A DNA stretch of 36,374 nucleotides, taken from contig QPGO01000378.1 in assembly GCA_008632985.1 (NCBI GenBank), positions 1 through 36,374 of the forward strand. Reading direction: 5' to 3'. Positions 10,584 through 21,182 of this stretch are shown piece after piece (the first letter of the stretch is position 1; every line of letters begins with the position of its first letter). Made by a program: the position numbers and the translations under genes. The DNA is from Psammoneis japonica (lineage: Eukaryota). A model generated the notes under the pieces. It saw only the letters and a list, made by a program, of their open reading frames with translations, was not told the DNA's origin and searched no databases.

Positions 10584-10834
10584 GCACATGGTGTTGGATC
10601 AAACTTTTATCTTTCCACACTGGATCGGAGATTCAAGCCCAGATTGCTTTTATGAGTTGCAGACTCGCCATGTCATTTTATTCTCCACAAACCGCCATTC
10701 ATCAAATGTGTGTGGATGCAAGTTGATTCTGCTTGTTTACCAGTGATGATGCAGCATGATAACGGGTTCAAACGAGTTTAGAATCAGTCGCATTGAGAAT
10801 GTCCGACAAGCTGCAACGTTACCTCGAGAATGGC
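10584..10834 (+). pseudogene. Diverged partial duplicate of the proteasome beta gene 3' end and 3' flank (parent 7995-8272)
   Basis: Alignable over ~250 bp (ggatcaaacttt, gatcggagattcaa, gactcgc, tgtgtggatgcaagt, cagtcg.attgagaa) with a ~35 bp deletion and many TA->CA/TG substitutions. Confidence 0.9.
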
Positions 10835-11052
10835 AGCATTCTGCTCACGTACTGTAGTAGTCACCGCAATTACAGGATGGCGTGCGCTTATTGGACTGCT
10901 CTCTACCGGGAGTTTTGTCCGGTGAGACTGCCTATCATTGTGACCTCTTCAGATGGTGTGGCAATTTGGAAGTCGAAGCTCTACCGTACATAGCAGGAAA
11001 TATGGAATTCGAATATGCAGAGCTATTCCAGTTCTCAACAACTAAGTTTATT

Positions 11053-11717
11053 TCATTCTATTTGAGCTTGACTGTTGAATGCAAAGACAGCTTCTTCAAC
11101 ACCCTGACTAAATCGTTTGGATTCAATCCTTCCCGCTGCATGGATATCGTTGAACGGATTCAACATGTACTCCACGTAGAGACCGTGAATGGTTTCCAAA
11201 AGCTCCTTGATTTCAGAATCCTTTGCCATTTGCAATTGTGTCTGATCCGGCAAGACATCATCGTGAACTACCACCAGGAACTTTATTCTTGTGTTGTCAT
11301 GTATCCTGAAACAAAAATATTGCAAAAATAGCATGGATAAGTCTTTACAATACAAAAAGCTCAAACAGCAGTGCTCTCGCTCATGCGCGCAATGACCAAC
11401 ATACCATAGACTCTCATTTCGTCCACCGGACACAAGAGTCCCACCCACATGGCGTCTGTTCCGGTAACGCCCGTGGTTCTCCACCCCACTCCCGGCGGTG
11501 GACCTGCTAATTCATCGAATCGATCCAACGCGGAATGCAATACGAATTGTTGCTGTAGCGAACATGATGAGGAGTCGCTTGTTACTTCGCGGTTGCTGTT
11601 GCTTTCATGCTTATTGAAACCAAACAAATCTTCGTCCTCATTACTTGCTTGAGTGAACTCCTTGAGAAAGAGAGGCTTATTGTCCTTGCCGACAAGGGCG
11701 ATACTTTGAATCGACAT
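11053..11717 (-). CDS. TRAPPC2L: TRAPP complex subunit 2-like (sedlin family); intron 11306-11404; apparent -1 frameshift at ~11291
   Basis: MSIQSIALVGKDNKPLFLK...QFVLHSALD...MWVGLLCPVDEMRVYG|YMTTTRIKFLVV...IKELLETIHGLYVEYMLNPF...I.SKRF, the sedlin/TRAPPC2L signature. Intron GTATGT..TTTCAG. Confidence 0.9.
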
Positions 11718-11965
11718 CTGATGCGTCGTGAGTGCGAGCGAGAACCACCGCCATGGTGACTCCTCACTCCTCACTGCGTAGCACGAGCTCGATGAGAAAC
11801 TCGAGCTCCACAAAGAACTCGTGATTTTTGAAATATATTCATGAATATATACATAATACGGTTCGCAATGATTTTGGCGGGCAGCAATCACGCGCACAAC
11901 ACCCACACGCGCTGTTGCATCAACAACACAAGCAGTCTGTGTGGAGCTTCCATCAAAATTACATC

Positions 11966-13871
11966 ATGTCATTATCCAATCATCAGCATGATGATGATGA
12001 TTCGGTTCTCATGCCGCCGCCGCCTCCGAAACGACCGAGATCGAATTGTATTGTCGACGATAACGACGTTCGGCCGACCGCAATTACTCCACCCAATCGA
12101 AGCAGCAGCAATGACGATGATTCTTCCAGGAGGTTGATCCATCACGATAACAACGTTTTGTTTGATGATGGTTGTGCGGCATCGGGTTCGTTTGAGTTTC
12201 AGCACGACGACGACGACTTTTGTGATACTAACGACTCCTCGCATGAAGCAATGACGGAAAATGCTTTTGTCGGTGGTACGGAAAGCGTGTGTTGCTACAA
12301 TAACTTTGAAACCCGTCACGAGTTGCAACCAAACGAACGAGAGGAGGAACAAGAGTCTCGTTGTTGTTGTTGTTTTACGCCGACTAACGAAACTCCGTGG
12401 AACCCGTCATTACGACTCGCTTTCGAGATGTTGTCGGTCATGGAGCCGCAAAGCTACGAATCGATGAATTGCTCTTGCCGCTGGCGTTGCCACAGTCCGT
12501 GACGGAAACGGTTCTGACAGGTATATGACTTTTTGATTTTCGTTTTGGAATGCGTATTTTTGTTTGCTGCTGTGGTTTTTCTCATTTTGTTCTTTCCACG
12601 CCGCGTTGTTCTCTATTTCCGTTTTTATAGGAGTACGCGCGTTGCCAGCTTCTATTTTATTGTACGGTCCACCGGGATGTGGTAAAACACAGCTTGCTCG
12701 GGCTATTGCAGGTGAAGCGCAAGCCGCCTTTGTACAAGTGGGTCCGAGTGACGTTCTTTCCAAGTTTGTTGGAGAGTCGGAAGCATCGATTCGGCTCTTG
12801 TTCAAAACCGGTACGCGTATTGTCTCTTTTTGACTTTTTCTATATTTTTGAAGCTAGCATACTCACACTTGTCGTCTCGCTATTGATCTCTCGAGTAGCG
12901 TACGAACGCGCTCGCAACGTGGAGAGCCAATGCGCCATTTTGTTTTTTGACGAGATTGATGCTCTTGGGCAGTCGAGAGGTACCAGTAGTGAACCCACGG
13001 AAGCTCAATCAAGCTCCGATTCAAGTCCTTGTTCCCGTCAAGTACTAGCAGAGATGCTTATTCAGTTTACCAACCTCTCCAATGGCATGCTGGAAGAATT
13101 TGCTCTAGAAGAACTTCGTTCCAAAAATGCTGTTGCTCGCGGTGAATCAAACCATGACTCTGATGACTCGTGGACGGATCAAACCCCCGAGTGCTCGTCG
13201 CTACAGCAGCCTTCAACAAGACCGGTTCGACTCATTGTGGTTGCCGCAACGAACCGCCCGGACGATTGTGACGCTGCCTTGCTCCGTCGGTTTGGCATTC
13301 GAGTCTATGTGGGACTGCCATCGAAACGGGATCGTAAAAAGATTGTCGTGCGACTCCTCAAAGACATTGATCATGACATTTCGGCACCGCAGCTGGAACA
13401 GATTGCCGCTGAAACGCAAGATTGGTCGGGATCGGACTTGGAAGCTCTCACGCGGGAAGCTGCAAGTACGTATAATTTCATTTTGAATGATACACGTCGT
13501 TCTCTTTACTGCGGTTTTACTCACGCGTTTCTTGTCTATTTGTAGTGACCCCGGTACGAGAATGCCTTCGCTCTGCAGCACTGCTCAAAGCCAAGGTTCA
13601 CAAAAAAGAGGAACAACAGCGAGGTGGAGACGAATCGGCCCAAGAGCAGCAACCCGCGGCGGATGCACACGAACAAGCTAGCTCGCTGTTATTGCGGGGT
13701 TTTGAGAATTTGCGTCCCGTGAATTTACAAGATTTTGAACGGGCGGCCGAGTTTTTGCTTGGGACCCAAGATGCCCAGTCGCAGAGTAGCGGTGGTACGT
13801 TGGGATGCAAGAGATACAGCCAAGTTCACTACGATAGCTCTAGCAGCTCGGATGACGAAGGAGATGATTAG
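11966..13871 (+). CDS. AAA+ ATPase of the meiotic clade (spastin/katanin/fidgetin/Vps4-like); introns 12521-12630, 12811-12898, 13466-13545; apparent -1 frameshift at ~12390
   Basis: [21 protein letters not shown], Walker [13 protein letters not shown], pore loop LSKFVGESE, Walker B ILFFDEID, sensor VVAATNRP, Arg finger ALLRRF, WSGSDL..L.REAAM. All three introns are GT-AG and phase-compatible. Confidence 0.9.
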
Positions 13872-15600
13872 CGAGTATTGGGGCGCAAGTTCGCTACGAT
13901 GGTTCAAGCGGCGCTCAGATGACGACTGAAATGACTATGAGTAGCTAATGTAGCTCCTATGGTTTCGCCATTTGAATACAGGGGACGACCTGAACAAGTT
14001 TCAAATCCCGGTTCTATGAAGGCGGGTCGTTTTTGACCTGCAGCACGTGAACCAGGTGGCCTGGCGTCTAATGCCTGTCTAACAAAATATCGTACATATA
14101 GAAAGTGGAACCGTTTTTTTATAGCCCCCCCTACTGTAACTATTGTTTGAGAGCATTCTGACAGGTTATGTCGCTCTCCAAATCAAAATGGACACACAAC
14201 AGGTGGTCTTTCATTCAGCATGTGACCCATCAGATATGGAGTGCCTCGAGCCAAATTTGAAACAACTTGGTCCTCACCATGCGTCAACCGACATGCATGG
14301 GGAACGCCTTTGGAGTGTCAGGTCCAAAAAACCTCCACCTGGTGATGCATTTTGGGTTTTCCCAGCAAATGATCCACACTCAAATTTGAAATTCCAGATG
14401 CTTGGATTGATGGACTGGCTCAGTGCAAGTTCTACAAAAGATTCTTTGGACCGGGTGGGTCTAAAGACATCCCCAGGAAGTTGTGGCATGACCCATGACA
14501 GAGGAAGCCCATCCCTTGCTTTGCTTCATGTCTCTTCCTTCCTTTCAGCAGCATTCAAGCAAACAGGCTGCCAGTGCAGCAGCCACTGAGGACCAGAATG
14601 AAGTCAACCTGCCCACGTGGCTGCAAATGACTCAAATGGGGTGATGAGGAGTGAGTCACCTCCTTCCAAAAGACAAGATGCAGAAAAAAATGAGGCATCA
14701 TCACCTGCCACAGAGGAACCACAAGGGACATCTGGAAGCACTCCAGAGAAAAGCAGAAGAACAAGAGGCAGAAGAAAATGTGGAAGCTCCAAAAGATTGC
14801 ACCAAAAAAGTCATAACTCAAGAGACCACATTTCACAAGGAGGAGTTTGCATGCCCTTCTTGTGACACTGAAGGAGGAACACATTTTCTCCTTCAAGGAG
14901 GGTTGACCACAGGTCATGCACACACATGAAAGTTTGGTTGTGCAGCTGAATGTTCCTCATTGATGCCAGAAAAAATTGTGAAAAACTCAGCTGGGTGTCG
15001 TTTCACAAATCCTTTTGCCACATCTGATTGGCAAAGCTGCCAGCAGCTGAACAGCTCTGGCTGCCAATGCAAAATTCTGTTGGCTGTGAGGACAACAAAG
15101 AAGCTGGTGTGATTGGCAAAAGAAGATCATGCAGCATCCTTCTTGTGCAGAGCAGCTCTCTGTGTTCCAAGAAGACAGTTTGTTGCAGGGAGACCTGGTG
15201 CATTGGCACAGTGCTTTTAAACTGGTGCATGTGCTGCCTTGGAAGCCATTGTTTTGGTCTTCGTCTTGGTGGAATCTCTCACCATTTAGAGATGGCTCCA
15301 CCAACATGTCCAAGGCCCCAAGAAGCAAAGCCGTGAGGTTCACGTTGCACTTGGCAAAGCACAAGAGGAAGCTGGTGTGTGTTCTTCTTAGCAGATGAGA
15401 CAGAGATGATGAAGGCAAACGGCCGTGCTCTTTTTTCAACAAAGATGCATCAGATTGCATTGACTGTTGCTGGTTCCATGACACAAATCCCAGGAAAGTT
15501 TTTGCACTTCACACTCCACAAATGTGGCAACACATTTTGGTCATGGTTGCACATGCATCAGATGAAAGCTGACCTTTGTTGCAAGAACAAGCAATGCAAA

Positions 15601-15914
15601 TGAGGTGCGAGTGTGAATCTGATTGCCCAGAAAATGAGTGCAAACTTCATGAAAATTGAACATTCTGCACAACCAAAAAATTGGCATTGCAAAAGATTGG
15701 GAAAATGGAAAGCAGTGCATGCAGCAGACTTGAGAGTTGCACCGCCATCATGACTGCAATTGCCATTCCAAACACTCACAGCTTTTGACCACCATGAGGC
15801 TCTGACTGGACACGGCTGATGTGATGAGCTGTGCACAGTGAGGTGCGAGTGCAAGTCTGATTGCCCAGAAAATGTGCAAACATGATAAACATTGAACATT
15901 CTGCACAACTAAAA
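15601..15914 (+). repeat. ~75 bp imperfect direct repeat (15601-15678 and 15839-15914)
   Basis: tgaggtgcgagtg..tctgattgcccagaaaatg..gtgcaaac..attgaacattctgcacaac occurs twice. Confidence 0.85.
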
Positions 15915-16009
15915 GATCGCTCTAGTTGGCTCTGAAACAGATTTCATTTTAAGACAACCCCAGTCTGTGGAAAGAATGACTCGCCAGGTCCATCGTCTTG
16001 CTGACCACC

Positions 16010-16700
16010 TCACTTTTCTTTGTTGGTTGTCAATTTCTGAGCAAGATCTTCAACTGCGGGAGTCACCCAGTCTTCTTGATTCTTGACATCATGAACTCTC
16101 TGCATGTCGAGTGCAACAGCCTTGATTTGACTGTTGACATGACACACGCCCACATTCCGCCAAGCTGCATCACCACGACGAAAGCCATCACCTGCGAAGT
16201 CCTTCACCAATGTCTGCCTTGCCGCATCCAAAGTTGACAGAGTCCTTTCCGGAGACTGAAACCAGGGCATCAACAAGGCTGTTTGGCCCTTGTCTTGTAC
16301 AACCCGAATGGTTTTGGGTGCTGGTGGAAGATGTGAGTGCACAGCTTTCCACATTTCCTCTTCATGCTTTGCCTTCAGATCAGACTCTTGGAAAAAAAAC
16401 TTCAAAACTCCAACAGCTCCCTTTGTGCCACCCAACACAAGGAAAACTCCACCATCAGCACCACGCCCAAGATCTTCCCACAGAAAAAAATTCTTGACAG
16501 TGCCTGAAATGCACAAATCAAAGTTCAAACTGCTTTGTGGTGGAGCCTTTTTCCAAGCAGAGCTCTTTTCATTGGCCAAGCACAGCACCATCATTGCACC
16601 TTCTTGCTTGGCAAGCATCATCTTTTTCACAACAGATGCAAACACAACTGCACCTGCCACGCCAGTTTGAAGTTGCTCAAGGCCTGGGTCTCACAGCAGT
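16010..16700 (-). pseudogene. Degenerate protein-kinase-like gene (Crinkler-type / DUF5898-like family, tentative)
   Basis: Gly-loop DLGRGADGGVFLV, VGVLKFF, HEEEMW, ALLMPWF, catalytic-loop-like GDAAWRNVG, VALDM. Homologous to 31608-32231. Family name is from recall only. Confidence 0.6.
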
Positions 16701-18082
16701 GTGTCGTGCATCATGGCTTGGGGGCACTGGAGCATGCTTCGGGCAACTTGGCACAATCACTCCATCCAAAAATGCTTTGTCAGGTCCCCTTCTCTGAATT
16801 CAAGCACAAGTCCTGTCATTCCCAGAAGCCCTTTCTCTTCTCTTTTGATTGCTTGTGGGTGCTGCATTGGGCACACTTCTTTTTTCAATGCAAGGTGGCT
16901 TGTTGCACTCCACCAGTTTCCCAAGGTGTGCTTGAGCAGGGTGAGCTCTTTTTCCACTTTCTCAGTGCTCTCAATGCATTTGATGGTGGAGTTGCAGAAG
17001 ATGCTCACATTGTTGTTGTTGTTTTTGGAAAGAACAGTTTTCATTGTGTGAAATCTGCAACTTGCTCTGCAATGCCATGTTGACAACACATGTGTGCAGG
17101 TGCTTCGTGCGCATGGATTGGGACAAGACTAAAAGAAAGGTTGCAACATCATGCCACTGTTTCTAAAAGTGAGATCTAAACCTGAGGAACTGCTCGGTGC
17201 CCAATCGCCAATGACAAAGCATGCCAAACTAACTTGAATTGATCACAGGGTAAATTCTTCAGTCTCCTCAAGTCGATGAATTGGACAATGTCAGAAATCT
17301 CTTTTTGCATTTGCCAACAGAACATCTGGTCAGAAATGCAAAATTCTTGACTGTGATGATGAAGCTGGTGTTGTCATGTTGGTTTTTTGAGCAGCAGATG
17401 TTCTCAGCACACCTGCAGCTGCAGCCGCCCCAGAGATCGTGCATCACTTTGACATGGAACAGCTCTCTGTGCTCCAAAATGACACAGTTTGTTTTTGAGG
17501 AAACCTGGCATCCTGGCAGCTGTGCACCATTCAAACCATCACAGAAGCCGCGGCCTCCTTTGCCAGGAGCCCGCACAACTGATGACACAGAAAATCAACA
17601 GGAGTGCAGGTGCTGCTTGCCTGTTGTTGCTTTGGCAGACATGGATGAGATGCACTGTGTCTGTTGGAGAACAAACTGTTTGATGATGAAGTGTGGGAAT
17701 TGTCTGGTGAGGCATTTTCTCTGTGTTTCTGGCGGCGCCAAAAGAGCTTCTGGAGCATGCCAGATTGGTGGCCCAAATGTGCTCTTGTGTGACACCAAAT
17801 TCATGGATGTTTGAAATGCAGGTTGGCTGGTCATGACATGCGGACATGCAAGTGCAAAGGTTGTGCAATGATGGCCTGAACAAAGAACATGGGAAAAGAT
17901 GTTGTGCATTTTGTTAAAAACTCTGCAGGTTTCACATGAACAAACATTTCATCAGACACATCTTTTCACTGAATTGCCGGATTTCACTTGAACTTGTGTG
18001 TGGAAGTCATTGTCTGATTTTGGTGACATCACAGAGGGCTTTTTGTCTCATTGCTCCTGAACTGATGTTCACAGGAAAGAAG

Positions 18083-18265
18083 ACTTGTGCAGACTTGTTG
18101 TGCTGGGTTGCACGAACTTGCACGAACTTGCATGGACTTTTTCACACTCAGGTGATTTGGTCACAAAAGCATGCACAAACTTGCATGAAAAACATGTGCC
18201 AACCTGCGCGAACTTGCTTGAGCTTGTGTGGGCTTGCGCAGATCACTTGCACAAACTTTTGCATG
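18083..18265 (+). repeat. Degenerate 10-bp tandem repeat (ttgcacgaac-like)
   Basis: ttgcacgaac ttgcacgaac ttgcatggac ... atgcacaaac ttgcatgaaa ... ctgcgcgaac ttgcttgagc ttgtgtgggc ttgcgcagat. Confidence 0.7.
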
Positions 18266-20303
18266 ACATTGCCCACCATGGCTGCTGTCATCATCACATT
18301 CGGTGACTGGCCACATTGAAGAAGGACATTTGATCAACAAATGAAATCCAGCAACTGATGAAGTGCAAAAACTTAGACATTTTCATTGTTTGAAGGAGAC
18401 GATGTCACTCGTTGTCACCCGGCAAGTGACAACAAGAACAACAAACAACAGTTGCCAGTTGACATGTGTGCTTTCATCATCTTGGTGTCAACTCCACATG
18501 CAATCATGAAAAATTGAGTGACAGCATTTGTTGCATTCTTGTTTTGAGCAAGAAAGCATTTGCCAAAATGATGCACATGTTTGAAAGTTCGTGCTCCTAA
18601 TTTCACACACACAAGCAGCCAAAAGCCAAGAGTGTGGCTTCAGCATTGCCACTTCTGATAGAGCTGGTCACAATGTGTTGTTTCTGACATTGACAAGGAA
18701 GCTGGTTTCTTTGTGGCCCATGTTCAATTGAAGCCTGTGCAGGCCCTGGGGATCTCCTCAAAGAAGTTTCTTTTTCAGACAGCGCAGAGACACATGACCA
18801 CCAAAGGTGGGGGGCACTTGCTGTTTTTGCAGTCATGAACAAAAACGTCTGCTTGCACATGTTTTTTGCTTTGTTGATGGTGAAGATGGGCATGATTGGG
18901 GAGCCTCACTCTGTGCCTTGGTCACCCCATTTCCAGAGCTTGGCGTTTGACGCAACATGGCAGAATCTTTTGAAAAATCATGCACCTTCGAGGGACGGGC
19001 AGGCTCTCTGTTTTTTGGAGCAAGTCGGGAGCAGGAATGGCCCATCTCACTTGGAAGCACACATTTTGCTCTCCAGGGGAGGGGGGGCTTGCTGCAATCA
19101 TGCTTGTCATCAGGTGAAAGATGCCAAGACAGACCCATGCTTCTGCTGAAGTGGAAGAAAGCCCCTCTTCTTCAATGTCAGAAATCACAAAAAAAGACTG
19201 AGCTGGGCTCTGTTTCACAACTTCTCTTGCATCTGATTGACAAAGCCACCAACAGCTTGCCTGGTCACAAGCAAAACATTCTTGACTCTGTGTGGGAGTT
19301 GGCAGCATTGCCAGGTTTGTCTGTGGTTTTGGGCATGTTCTCAGCAATGTTCTTGTGGCTGGCTGCAACCCTGGAGCCAATTCAGTGCCTTGCCATGGAG
19401 CAGCTCCATGTGTTCCAAGAGTGCAGCTTGTTTTCACAGAAACATGACATCCCATGCATCATTGCTTCAAGTCAGCATGGTTTGCCACTGGCCGCCATCA
19501 CACCAAAATGGTGAGGAAACCAGGGGACGAGGCACCAGCAGCTCACGCAAAGAAACATCCAACAGCGTTGGACCAGGCACTTCATGACAGAGTGAGTGTC
19601 AACGGGAATGTGGGCACCACCACTTGCCCACAGTTGCTTTGACTGGTGTGAATGAGACATGCTGTGTCTGATGAAACATGCAGGTGGGATGTTGTTTTCT
19701 GTCTGCCCTCTCACAAAGAAGTCAGAAGCGCAACCACCAAGTGCAGGAGCTTTGGCACCGCCATTCCCAATGGAGTTGGGCAACATGCTGTTTCCAATTT
19801 GAAAAGGAAATTGGTTTCTTTGTCACCTGTGTGATCAAAGCCTGTGCACATCTCTGCCCCCAAAGTGTTCTCAAGGTTTTGCATCGCCACACATGCCAGC
19901 ACCACATGACCATGAGAGAGGAGGAGGACAGCGTGCCCCCAGAGACACCAAAGGTGGAATCCACTCACTGTTTGTGATCATCCACATTGTTTCTGTTCCC
20001 AAACATTCTTCACTTTCTCAATGCCGAAGATGGGCATGACTGGGGAGTTGGACTGCACGCCCTTGTTCTCGAAGTACGACAGTGCAGCTTGGCAGCTTGG
20101 CACTTGAAAAACCACGCACCTCCGCCCGATGATGTTTCGGCGATTGAGTCGTCGGGAACGGCCCATCACCTGGACAATGTTGTGACATACTGTAGTAGCC
20201 GTTCAGAGAGAAGCCACGTAGAAATAGTACTGCAACGAAAGTAGAGCGTCCGTCCGTTGCGTCGTTCACGCAAAGATCCCCAAGATCGCGAAAAACCACG
20301 CAC

Positions 20304-21057
20304 GAGTGGCGTACTTTCCAAAAGTGCGGTGCGCAGTACTCGTCTACATACGGACAAATAGCACTAGACTCTACGCACCGAACACAACAAGATTTCACTC
20401 ATTACGACAACAGCAGGGAAGTCTATCATGTCGGGTATATCGACGTTATTGCGCTTCTTGCGTATAAAAAATACATCAATCCACTAATATTACGCATGCG
20501 AATTGGATGGGATACAGGATCTTGCAAATCTGGTGAAAAAATCGTCCCCCCGTGCTTCACCGTGTTAAAAACCCCGTGCTAATCCTCCATAAAATGAATG
20601 AAAATCCAACTTTTCGTCAAAATCTGTTGTCGCGTGCTCACTTCAGTGCTTCATCAATGCGATCGACCGAGAAAACACAAAATACACCCCAAAAAAAGTG
20701 AAAAACAACAGTCCCACCGCGGCCAAAACCTCTACGTGATTTCAGTACCAAGTTGTACGTGCCAAAAACCCTTCGTCACCAATGGCTCAACCAGCTCCCA
20801 AAACAACTCGATCATTGTCATTTGACATTGATATCTCATTTCTTATCATATCAGTTGTTGTCTCGGTGCATCATAACCTCCCAGTCCGCTGTCGTTGTTG
20901 TGTGCGTCCATTGCCGATGTCGCGGCGTCGTTGCCGTGATGTTTGTGTGTGAAGTGAATTCAAATAAACATCTCTACGAATTTTGTAGTACATTTTTACG
21001 TACGTATATTTTGTGTAGATTAGGTATGCGCACCGAATTTTTGAAAGTACGCCACTC
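20304..21057. repeat. Imperfect ~45 bp inverted repeat pair (20304-20348 and 21014-21057)
   Basis: The reverse complement of 20304-20348 (tgtagacgagtactgcgcaccgcacttttggaaagtacgccactc) aligns to tgtagattaggtatgcgcaccgaatttttgaaagtacgccactc. Confidence 0.75.
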
Positions 21058-21182
21058 CATGGCGAAGACACAACACAGATGATGTCAAGGAATGCATGCG
21101 TCGATAAGTTGCACCGCGTCATTGCTATTGTAAATTGCCAAACGTTAACTGCCTGTAGAGACGGCCTGTGGTAAGAAGTAAA

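Larger units (their letters stand above)
14145..20050. other. Decayed repeat/pseudogene block strongly depleted in both TpA and CpG
   Basis: Near-absence of TA and CG with an excess of CA/TG. ORF translations here are Cys/His-rich and almost Tyr-free. Sharp left edge near 14140. Confidence 0.85.

Noticed and set aside
14555..19977. Dozens of overlapping Cys/His-rich ORFs that look like zinc-finger or metal-binding proteins
   Set aside because: TpA loss removes TAA/TAG stops and turns Tyr into Cys/His, producing spurious ORFs in all six frames.
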